Assembly: GCF_018350175.1 (NCBI RefSeq)
Contig: NC_058368.1
Span: 7,316,001-7,380,000, forward strand
DNA: 64,000 bases
Source of the DNA: Felis catus
Taxonomy: Eukaryota
Direction: 5' to 3'
Positions 13,067 to 23,690 of the stretch are shown one piece after another. A model generated the notes under the pieces. It was not told the origin of the DNA. It did no database searches and was given only the letters and a program-made list of their open reading frames with translations. Each line of letters starts with the position of its first letter. Position 1 is the stretch's first letter. The position numbers were made by a program, and so were the translations under genes.

Positions 13067-13285
13067 GGGGCGCCTGCGTGGCTCAGTCGGTTGGGCAGCC
13101 AACACCGGCTCAGGTCATGATCTCACGGTTCGTGGGTTCAAGCCCTGCATCGGGCTCTGTGCTGACGGCTCGGAGCCTGGAGCCTGCTTCGGATTCTGTG
13201 TCTCCGTCTCTCTCTGCCCCTCCCCCCTTCATGCTCTCTCTCTGTCTCAAAAATAAATAAACATGAAAAAGAATTAAATAAAAAT
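13067..13285 (+). mobile_element. Feline CAN SINE
   Basis: Full element. Confidence 0.95.
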
Positions 13286-14344
13286 TAATAGCATAACTAG
13301 ATACGTACATACACGTCACCTATCTCACATTACTTTTTAGATACAGCACTGGGGACAGAGTAGCTGAAAACCTACCTTGGGCCTCAGGACTGTTGTCCGC
13401 ACCGCAGAGTAATTAAGAATTAGCAGTTGAGCCATGGGGATTATGACGCTCTAAAAGGATTTCTCGGGTGGCCACATGCTGAGGCATTTGATTGCCACAT
13501 CGCAAACTGTAGGCCCCCTGGGTGGTTGTGGTGGCTGTGGCAGCTTTAAACAACAAAATGAGTTGCAATCAACCACAGCGTCAAGATTAAAAATATTTCC
13601 CTTGTTTCCTGGAGCGTTGGGAGTCCAGTTCTTTCTAAGGGTCCTTTTTCACTTACATGCGTCATGGCGCCGAGGAACGTGCCCAGCGGCAGGTAGAGCG
13701 CCACTTGCTGGCGTGGGAGTGAGTGTGGCCACAGAACACAGGAGTGAGTTGGGGAGCGTCACACGGAAACTTGGCCTCCGCTTCCCTCACCAGAAAAGTA
13801 AGAATCATGATTTCACAATGCCTGCTGTGCGCCCCCGATCGCAAAATCGAGTGCGTTTAGGGCGCTGTCTGCCCTTGTCGCGGCCCTGTCCGTGTCAGCG
13901 GCTCCCCATCTGACACCACGTCCAGATCCGCTTCTTGGTGCCGGGGCGGGACAAAGCGGCCTCGGCGGCAAGCGGGCTGATGGGCTTAGCGCCTACGGTT
14001 TCCTCGCCTGACTGCCCTGCTGATTCGCCACCCGGTTACACCACGCATGTGTCTCTCTCTCCGCTCCTTCTTCCCTGCCTGGGACAATCCCGGAGGGTGG
14101 ACCTTGGCGTCAGACCCCCGGCTCCCATCCCACTAGCTCGGGATCTCTGACGAGTCGCTTTTCGTCCTCTCTTGTCCACCCATAAAGTGTTTGATGGCTG
14201 GAGAAACGGAACGAGGCCGTGTCAGTCATGTGATGGATGGCACGGGGCAGTCACTTCACGCAAGTTAGCGTCAGCATTGTTCGCCTCGTTGGCTGGTGAT
14301 CGCATGTCACTATCTGACGGGTCGTATTCGTGGGACCATTTTAT

Positions 14345-14604
14345 TTTTATTTTATTTTTTTTTTTTATTTTATTTTTTTTAAAGGAGAACATTTTTTTTT
14401 TCAACGTTTATTTATTTTTGGGACAGAGAGAGACAGAGCATGAACAGGGGAGGGGCAGAGAGAGAGGGAGACACAGAATCGGAAACAGGCTCCAGGCTCC
14501 GAGCCATCAGCCCAGAGCCTGACGCGGGGCTTGAACTCACGGACCGCGAGATCGTGACCTGGCTGAAGTCGGACGCTTAACCGACTGCGCCACCCAGACG
14601 CCCC
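14345..14604 (-). mobile_element. Young feline CAN SINE
   Basis: CpG-intact body with TSD ggaccattttattt. It abuts the tail of the next SINE. Confidence 0.95.
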
Positions 14605-14619
14605 ATGGACCATTTTATT

Positions 14620-14830
14620 TTAAAAAAATACTTACTTTGAGAGAGAAGACGCGTGCGTACACAGGGGAGAGGCAGAGAGAGAATCCCAAGCAGGCTCAGT
14701 GCTGTCAGCACAGAGCCCCACGTGGGGTTCCATCTCACCAACCGCGAGATCATGACCTGAGCCATGACCCTAGCGCAGATCAAGAGTCGGATGCTTAAGG
14801 CTTAACTGACTGAGCCACCCAGGCACCCCC
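14620..14830 (-). mobile_element. Older CAN SINE
   Basis: Head ccacccaggcacccc and gagaatcccaagcaggctc body. Confidence 0.9.
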
Positions 14831-16829
14831 GTGGAGCTACTTTCGAATCCAAAAGTGTCAGGTCTAACCCCGTAGCACGTTAGACGTTACAACTGCCCAC
14901 CTTCAGCAGTAGAGAGACAAAAAGTATTAAAAAATCAGTATTTAAAAAAGTATTAAGATCAGCAAAAGAATTACGTATCTCTTCCCCTTTCTGTTCTCTT
15001 GGTTTGTTTTATAGTCTACTGTTTTTCGTAAGTCGAGCATGATAACTACCAGGAGGATGTGCCTTATTTCGCAAATCAGGTTACATAGTGTGCGCGCTCA
15101 GAAGGAGAGGGAGAGATGAAAAGCTTCTAATCCCGGCCTCAATCAGTCCGAGTCGGTCTCACGGCAGATTCTCTAGAAATCCACCTTTCCCCCGGCTTGC
15201 GGCAGCCTTCGTCACAGCTTCTGCGCGGACGGCTTTGCAAGCGAAGCAAAGCCCGTCACTTTCAGAGTTTGCCAGAGGGAGGATGCTGGATCTTAAGCCT
15301 GAAGTGCTGTCGTGGGTTCTCTCCAGTGGACTTGTAACCAGTCTCATTATATTTAGAGTTTTATATCCATTTATATCGTTAGCGCCTTAAATCGGCTCTT
15401 CCCACGCCAGCTAGGATAGCTTTCTAAAACCCAGAATGAAAGCAGCCAGCCAGGGTGAGACCACTGACGTTGCACGGATCACAGCTGCAGACGGGGAAGC
15501 AGCCGCCCCATCCCGTGGCCTCTCCGGTCCCCAACCCCAGCAGCGTGTCTTGGGACATAGCCAGGGACGTAGGCGGTACAGAAACATCGAGCAGCCGCGC
15601 CCCAGGCGCAGGCCTTATATACCCCAGTGCGGATGTGAAAAACTCTGGAATGGTTGGCACCTAATGCCAGCTCATCGTGTCATCTCAAACACACGAAAAA
15701 GCGCCACCAAGAGAGAGCTGAGACGCCAGATGGAGACATGGGTGAAATGAATTTTCAAATGGGATGAATGAGAAAAGAGTCGTTATCTAAAGGGTTAACA
15801 TACAGACCATGAGCGGAGAATTTCAAAGGAAAAAGTTCTGTCTTCTTACACCATGATCCTGGCTCATAGCTTTTCAAGACTTGGAGAAAAATAACTCTAC
15901 ACACGCACTTAATTTTTTTTAAAGGAAAAACGTTATGCCTTACTGCACCATGATCCTGGCTGATAGCTTTTCAAAACTTTGAGAGAAAAATAACTGTGAG
16001 CAGAGAATTTCAAAACTGGGACAGACTTCAGAAGCCACCTACATACCCCGGCCCTCCGTGTTCTATCTGAAGAGCATCTGCAGAGCTCACAGAATTTAGG
16101 AAATGCAAATTATAAGCTCAGAGGGATACCCCGTAGCCCACTGACCGCCCCCCGCCCCCCCCCCACACCAGTGGGGGACTGAGATGTCCTGGAAAGGGAA
16201 ACTTGCGGGTGTAGAAATACCAAAACTTTGCAGTTCTACCCATTTTTGCGAAAATTTCTATAAAATGTCATGAAGCTTTTCTTGCTGGCTCAGGTGGTTG
16301 GGTTGTTTTTCCCCCTTCTTTTAATTTTTTTTTTTTTCATTGAGAAACATCAGGTAGCCCACTCTGTTCTTGATTAACTTATTATCCCCGGTGATTTGAG
16401 GCTTCAGGAGGTTCTCCTGAGTCACCATCAAGGAGAATTCCCTGCTAAATTGACGGATGTGAGTGTGGCGTGCACCCTTTTTCACAGAGAGAGAATGAAG
16501 AATAATAATGTGGGTCCACATTCCCTGTTTAAAACCCTTGAATCCTGATAAGTTTCTAAATTTAGATATTTTCCCATTTTAGCAAGGCACTTGAGCACAT
16601 CCAGTGTGCATGACGAACACCCCCAGGGGTGCTCATTCAACACGTTATCCCGTCTGCCCCCAAACCTCTGAATGCTTCTACTATAAATGGGATCAAGACT
16701 AGACATAAATAGCCCAGTGTCCAGTTAGGCCAGGTTTTCGGCATCATAGAAAGAACTTGATTTTCAGAGGTTTTAACACTTGGGAATTGTGGATGAGAAA
16801 TTATAGACCCATAGGTAACATGCACTGAA

Positions 16830-17005
16830 GATTTGCCGTGTGCCAGGCAGGTACTGTGCTAAGTGCTTTTATGCATTGTCTCAGTAAGTCCTCCCAATAG
16901 GTGGATATTTCTGTCACTCCCCTTTGCAAATGGGGGAAACGGATGCACAGAGGAGTTAAGCAACTTGCCCACGGTCACACTGCTAGTTAGCAGAGCTAGG
17001 ATATA
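16830..17005 (-). mobile_element. MIR
   Basis: gtgccaggca...gtgctaagtgctttt...ggaaac...gttaagcaacttgccca.ggtcacac core. Confidence 0.8.
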
Positions 17006-17393
17006 AAGCAGCGCTGACATTTACCAAGCGCTTGTTACACATTAGGTACTCTTCTAAGAATGTTCTCACTCACGGGATCTGCAGTCATTTCCCACACTTA
17101 ACAGGCAAGAGGCCGTAGGGAGATCACATGACACGCCCAAGGTTCAGTCGGATAGATGGTATGATTTCAGAGCATGTGTGCTCAGCGGGTACCGTGTTGT
17201 ACGCACGCGTAGCAATAAAGCACCGGGCCGTGAGGTTCAGCAAAACGAGTTACACACTGGAGGCTGGGGCAGCTCTCTCCGGGTAGATTTCCTCAAATGT
17301 CAGCAACACTGTTGCACTCCTTACACCCTGATATCCTCACTGCACATGTTACAACGTCTTCATGTGGAATCACTTACTATGCGGGCTGTGAAT

Positions 17394-17603
17394 GGGGCGC
17401 CTGGGTAGCTCAGTCAGTTGAGCGTCCGACCTCTGCTCAGGTCATGATCTCAGCGTTTGTGGGTTCGAGCCCCACATCGGACTCTGTGCTGACAGCTCGG
17501 AGCCTGGAGCCTGCTTCGGATTCTGTGTCTCCCTCTCTCTCTGCCCCTCCTCCACTCTCTGTCTCTCTCTGTCAAAAGTAAATAAGCATTAAAAATAAAA
17601 AAA
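17394..17603 (+). mobile_element. Feline CAN SINE
   Basis: Full element with short TSD gctgtgaa. Confidence 0.95.
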
Positions 17604-19679
17604 GCTGTGAAGGCCAGTTTTCTTGTGGACTTGACCCTAGAAAGCCCTGTCATTCTCTGAACAGCCCTTCTGGGCGCTGTGTTGAGTCAGTGGGTCCCAC
17701 AAGCAGCTGGAAGCTAGGGACTGTCCCCTGCGGCTCGGCCCCCACTCTCTCGGTGGGAACCTGCGTGTCCCTAGCAGAAGAGACGTGCTCATCTCAGGCA
17801 AGCCCGTGGGGGTGGAGATGGCCTTACGTGGGAAGACCGCAAACGCAAGCAGAATTCACCAGGCGCTACCAAAGGTTTTGTTTTGATATCCTGGGTCATT
17901 GTCCCATCTGGCAGTGCTGGCCTTTCCCCCTTGGTCTAATCCCGAGAAGAGCTGACCGGTTTTATCGGCACTGGCCTGGCACGCTCCACTGAACGTAGCC
18001 CAGAATTTTCCAGAGCCAGCCGTCCGCAGCCCCCCATATGCAAGAGACCCATGCGGTCCACTTAGACGGGTGACCCCGCTCCTGCCGGAAGCACTGGGCG
18101 CTCTCAGCTTGTCGCTTGTCACCCGCCACGTTGAGGGGCCGCTTCCTCCCGCAGCCTGGCCGCGTCGTGCGCTTTGGTGACACCAGCGTGTCGTAGTCTT
18201 CCACATCTTTCCCGAGTTTGCAGGGGTTCAGGTTTCTGCTCTGGAACGGTGCCTGAAGTTAGACCCTCTGGTGCCACGGAGGTCCAAGCAGGGTGGCCTC
18301 TCGTCGATGCCCCCTTATTGCTCAGGGCTGTGGCTCCAGGACAGGGCGGGTGGCTGCGCCTCGGGACTCCTGAGGTAGCGTCATGCTGGCTGGTGTGCTC
18401 TTTCTGGAAGCTCCGTGAAGCCCCGCGGGGCCACCGGGAGCCACGTGGTGTTCTACCCCCCGTGCTTCGGAGCTGGTTTTCCTTTCCCCGTTGTCACTGC
18501 CTTTCTTCTTTGCCCCTCAGCTCATGTCCTGTGGCTTCTAAACTCCGGCGCTAACCAGAGAAGCAAAACCCCCCCGCATCGCTGCCGCCTCCAAGGGTTC
18601 CCACCGCCCCTGCTGCGCTCCTCTCTGCCTGCATTTCCTTTTCCCCCTGTTCTAGTTCTTTCCCTCGACACTTCCGGCCTGAGCATTAGCCCCGCCTGGC
18701 ACGTCGAGGGCCCACACCACCTTTGATGCTTCTCAGGTATTGTCTCCGACAGCGTGGGGCTCAAGAGCTGTTCATTTGCCGCAGGAGACGTTTCCTTTTC
18801 TTTTTTCCCCCACCTGTCATTTCACTTCCGGATTCGATGCCTTCTGGTTGCTTGAGGTGGTCTGACCTCCCCGTAAGTGGCAATAGGTCTGCTTCTCTTT
18901 TCACTGATGGGGGGGTGGGTGCTGAGCTCCAGGGTCACTCCAGTGGGGTGCCCGTAGATTGAGTTTGAAGTCATCGTGTGGGCTTCTCTTTGAATCGGTT
19001 TGCTACAAACATGGGAGATGATAGAATCCTGCATTCGTTTTTGTTTAGTACTAGCCGCTCTGAGAAACGTGATGGGGGGTGGGGGGGGGGAATCAGCATC
19101 CTAAAATAGCCCATCACGTGGCAGACAGCTCAAGGCCAAGAGAAATATGCAGGCTCTCACCTGCGGGGGGGGGGGGGGGGGGGAGTTCTCCAAAATGAGA
19201 GATTTGGTACACGTGAAAAGGAAAAATACTGCGGTGTACACGTAAGCCTGTCAACTAGTAATTTAATTAGCTACATCTTGTCTCTCGGGTGAACTTGAAT
19301 CACAAGCTACTTCAATGTACCCGGAGCAGAAATTGACCCAGAGGGTGGGCCTGTGTGAGGTGCTCCCCACGAGAGCACAGAGTAGCGTCCTAATGTGGCA
19401 AGTGTGAGAGATGTTTGTTTTTAAAGGTAAAAGGCGATTAGTGCATTTTTATGGATTCTTCGCGCCATTTTTATTTCCAGAACAGAGCATTTGGCTCCAG
19501 TACTCAAGACACGGCAAGGCATACTTTTCTGTTGCCCAAGAGGGACTTGTTTTTACTCTTTGGTAATGAAAAACGAGCCCTGATAAATGCAGCTCGCGGT
19601 GCAGATTAGAGTCAAATCAGGCGTTGATCATTCAAGGGGAAAAGACTGAGTGGTCCGTTCTTTCACCGTGTGGCCCCTG

Positions 19680-20450
19680 TGTCGCAGGGGGAAAGCGAGT
19701 CCCAGGGAGAAGAGGGGGCCGAAGCGTTCCGATGGGGTCCGGCCGGCCGGCTCCGAATTCCAAGCGTCTTGCCTCTTCCCCCTGGTGCTCCGAGTTTACA
19801 CTAGGTGGCATGCAAGGAAAGCCGAACAAATTCAGAAACTCGCTTGCGTGTTCACAGAACCCTTCGGCCCGAGCTGCGATCGGCGATCGGGGGGCGCGGC
19901 GTGGGCGCGGGCTGCGTGGACTGACGCTGTTGTGTTGTTCCCTCCCCAGGATGAAGTGCCCCCTCGCCGGCGCGAATAAGAGGTTTCTGATTAACACGAT
20001 TAAGAACACGCTGCCCTCCCACAAAGAGCAGGACCCTGAGCCGAAAGAGGCCACGAAGGCACCTGCGAAAAGCCAGAGCCGGAAGGAAGAGCACCGCAAG
20101 GGGCACCGAGGCCACCCTTACAAGCCCAGCTCCCAGGGCCGGGGCGCGCGCGGCGGCCCCTCGCCACCGCCGAAGCGGAGCAGCCCGGAGAGGGGCCCGG
20201 CGAGGGGCCCGGCGAGGTACGAGAAGCGGTCCGACAAGCGGTGAGGCCGGGACCGCGCGGCCGCTGCCTCCGGGCCTGGGGCTTGTGCGGACGCGGGGTT
20301 GGGGCACGGGCCTCGGGCTGGAGTGGTTTTTAGCGCCGGTCCTTTGCGGCGGCGACACGGCTGTCCGCGCCCGGGGACTCGTCTGCAGGCGGCGCGGCAG
20401 GTTTCGGCCACTCGGGCAGCGCCCCGCGCACGCGTGTGGTTTCTGTTCTC
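19680..20450. promoter_or_regulatory. CpG-island-like GC-rich segment over the terminal exon
   Basis: Visibly very high GC and CpG density (cgcgcg, ggccggccgg runs) relative to the flanks. Confidence 0.7.
19950..20244 (+). CDS. POLR1D: POLR1D isoform-2 terminal coding exon (MKCPLAGANKRFLINTIKNTLPSHKEQD...YEKRSDKR*)
   Basis: Acceptor tgttccctccccAG at 19948-19949 and TGA stop at 20242-20244. The translation closely matches recalled human MKCPLASTNKRFLINTIKNTLPSHKEQD...YEKRSNRR. Confidence 0.93.
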
Positions 20451-21750
20451 TCTCGTTCGCCAGTTGGTTTCGAAATAAATCTGAAACGGAAACAAAGTTC
20501 CCCGAGATGGTTACGGCTAGTTCCAGGGTTGTTTGTTTGTTTCATGTGTTCCAATCGTGGTCATTTCTCAAGTTTTCTCCAAAAACAAAAAACAAAAAAA
20601 ACAAAAACCACTTGTAAATCCTAGACGTTATCTTGCTGGAGGCTGAATTGCAGAGGCAGAGGTCAGCCGGCCAGTGACCGTGCTTAGGCCGAGGTGTGGC
20701 CCTTGGAAGGGCTGGAAATGTACCAGGAACAAACGCAGCGAGAGACGCCTTGCCGGTTTCCTTTTCCTGCGAGCGAGCCCTCGGGGAGGGTGCCCACGGG
20801 GCTTTGGGTTTGGTGTTCCGTACCAAAAGCCAGAGGGGGGAAACGGGGCTCTGTCGCTGCCTTGTGCGTTCTCAGACTCATTCCCCAGATGAACCACCTT
20901 TCCATAGTCAGTTTGGGGGGCAACGTGTGCGTTCTAAGCGGTGCTTTCAAAAGAACCCTCAAAGGTTAAAGTTAAATTATTCCGTGCTGTGTCTTCTTGA
21001 GCTAAAGACCTACATTACCACCCTCAGTAGAGTTGTTTCCGAAATCTTAATTTTAAATAAAAGTGTGTTTACAACGCCTTTTTCTGGTTTCGGTGGTGTT
21101 TTCTTTTTGTTTTGTTCGGTATCAGGGTGTCTCCCAAATGAACGTACAATTACAGACTTTGCAAACCCGCGTCCTTCCTCTCATACTCAGGAAAATGCCA
21201 CGAAGTCCCGTCTTCCCCAGCCCACAAAAGGAAGAAGAATCTGTCTGTCTGGTCCCCTCCCGGTTTTCCATAGCGTCTGACCTTATGCCTGGCTGCTCTC
21301 AGATAATCACCCGCCACAGCCTGTTCCCTGCTTCCTGGCAGCCAAGAAAAGCCCTTTCTCAGGGTCAGAAAGGAGCACGTCCGAAAAGTTAGCTTTGGGG
21401 TGTTTATAGAGAAACTAGACTAGACCGAGTGCTGCTTCCCCAGCGAGCCACCGGCCACATCCTGAGTCTGGTCCGAGCTAAAAGCGCAGGAGGGACAAAC
21501 CCAAGGCCTCGCTTGACCCTCCCGCCTCCCACCAGAGACCCCAGGGCCTCATCCTATGAGTTTGTAGCGACACAGCGGCACACGTTGCCCTCAGGACTTT
21601 ATCCAAATCGACTTCTGCATTCGCTTACATTATTTGTGCTAAATTTGCAATGTTTTCTATTTAAATGCCAGAAATAGCATAGCGTTGTGAGTTTTTGAAA
21701 AATCTTGTTATAATTGAGTAAAATAAAGTTGTATTGTTTCAACTGTCTAC
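20245..21750 (+). other. POLR1D: POLR1D 3' UTR with candidate polyadenylation signals
   Basis: Repeat-free sequence after the stop. AATAAA occurs at 20474, 21056 and 21722, the latter two followed by GT/T-rich sequence. The site actually used cannot be determined from sequence. Confidence 0.6.
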
Positions 21751-21932
21751 GTTCTCCGTATTTAGAGCAAACTGCCAGGTTCTTATTCTTTAGAAGAAGA
21801 TGGTTATAACGAGCACATGCTAACACTTACAGGAAGCCTCGTTAGCCTAACCATACTGAACCTTTCTTATTAAATTGTGTTCCAGGATGAGTGTTCTACA
21901 GAATCACCTTCCCTTTAAAAGGAATTGTTCCC

Positions 21933-22160
21933 GGGGCGCCTGGGTGGCTCAGTCGGTTAAGCGTCCGACTTCAGCCAGGTCACGATCTCGCGGTCCGTGA
22001 GTTCGAGCCCCGCGTCGGGCTCTGGGCTGATGGCTCAGAGCCTGGAGCCTGTTTCTGATTCTGTCTCCCTCTCTCTCTGGCCCTCCCCCGTTCATGCTCT
22101 GTCTCTCTCTGTCCCAAAAATAAATAAACGTTGAAAAAAAAAATTTTTTTTAAATAAAAA
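21933..22160 (+). mobile_element. Young feline CAN SINE
   Basis: CpG-intact, with TSD taaaaggaattgttccc. Confidence 0.95.
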
Positions 22161-22178
22161 TAAAAGGAATTGTTCCCA

Positions 22179-22381
22179 GGGGCACCAGGGTGGCTCAGTT
22201 GGTTGAACTTCAGAGTCCTGGTTTCAGCTCAGGTCGTGATCTCACCATGCGTGAGAGCAAGCACCCCTCGGAGTCCACACTGACAGTACAGAGCCTGCTT
22301 AGGATTCTCTCTCTCTCCCTCTCTCTGCCTCTCCCCCATCCGCGTGCTCCTCTCTCGCAAAATAAATAAACATTAAAAAAA
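22179..22381 (+). mobile_element. Older CAN SINE
   Basis: Diverged head and body, with TSD aaaaggaattgttcc. Confidence 0.9.
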
Positions 22382-23504
22382 AAAAGGAATTGTTCCACCT
22401 CCGAAAATGTTATTAGAATCTTTAAAACTTAAGAGCAGCCATGGTTTCCTGTATAGAAATGTCAAGAGCAAATTGATCTGTTCCTGTTCCATATCTGGAC
22501 CGTGGATGTTGGCAGAAGCGATTGGTCCTGAGATGTCACACACACACCAGCCACCTCCTACTTCTCCGCTTACCACCGCCCCCCCACCCCCACCCCGGAG
22601 AGCTTCCTCCGCCCCGGATGCTGTCTGCTCTCCAGTATAATTGTATGTGGAGCTCACAAAGGCCAGCAGAGGAGTTCTGGGAGTTGAGTCTGAGCCTGCC
22701 TCTGCAGCTGGCTGGCTGCAGGAGGGCCCTACCTGGTCACTTCCCTTCATCGTCCCCATCTGTACACTAAGATGTTTGGACTGAGTCCCCAATTAAGTCG
22801 AGACAGAAGGACCAAGTGTTAGCCCTAAGTTTTCATGCCTCCGCTAGGAAGCCGCAAGACTTGAGCACAAGTGCGACTTCGCAGAGTTCATTTTCTGTTT
22901 TAGTTGCTTTAGGAAACGTGGTCTCGGAGACATGTGAACCAAAAGTGCCGGTCTCGGCCGTGACCACTGACCTGCTACTGTCAGTCCTCCCAAATGGCCC
23001 ACGCGTCATGGGAGAGGGAGCCAGAGCGGGTGGTTTTTCTTAGAGCAGGCTGAGAATGCTAAAGGACATTTCCTCAGGTCGGATTCTGGAAGGATCGGTG
23101 GGGTCTGGAAGGTGGCTGTGGAGTTTTGAATTTTCCCGTTTGTTTGATTTCAGGAGGCGCGGGGCGGGGGTACAGAGCTGCCTCAAATCTCCTGGGAGAA
23201 TTTATCATTCCTTCGCTGATGATCGATGTGACTTAGCGTGTCACTCACATTTTTATATCGTAATGACATAATCTCCGCCACTCCAGAGGTCCTGCCGTTG
23301 TCTTCGGATCCTAAAGAGTAGCTGGCCCATAGTCAGTGCTCGTTGAATAGACCCATGAGGTGGATCCCTGATGAAGGGAAGCCTCACACTCTCTCAAGGA
23401 ATGTTAAACTTGTAAATATTGTCACCAGGAGGAACTGATCGGCTAGACTAAACCATGTGGACAGTAACACTGTGTATCACCCGTGGGCCAAACTTGTCAG
23501 GCTT

Positions 23505-23690
23505 TTTCCCCCAGCTTTGCTGAGATACAGTTAACATATAACATTGTGTCAGTGTAGAATGTAAAATGTGGTGATTTGACAGAAGTCAACATTGTGAAAT
23601 GATTACAAGAAGGTTACTTAGCACGTAGGTTACCTCACGGTTATCCATTTGTGTGTGTGTGTGTGTGTGTAGCGAGAACGTTTAAGATAA
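23505..23690 (-). mobile_element. L1 3'-terminal fragment with (TG)n
   Basis: cagctttgctgagatacagttaacatat...cattgtgaaatgattac motif. Confidence 0.65.

Noticed and set aside
19624..19949. N-terminal extension of the 206-aa ORF overlapping the POLR1D exon
   Set aside because: This is intronic sequence upstream of the clear acceptor at 19949. It stays open because the region is GC-rich.
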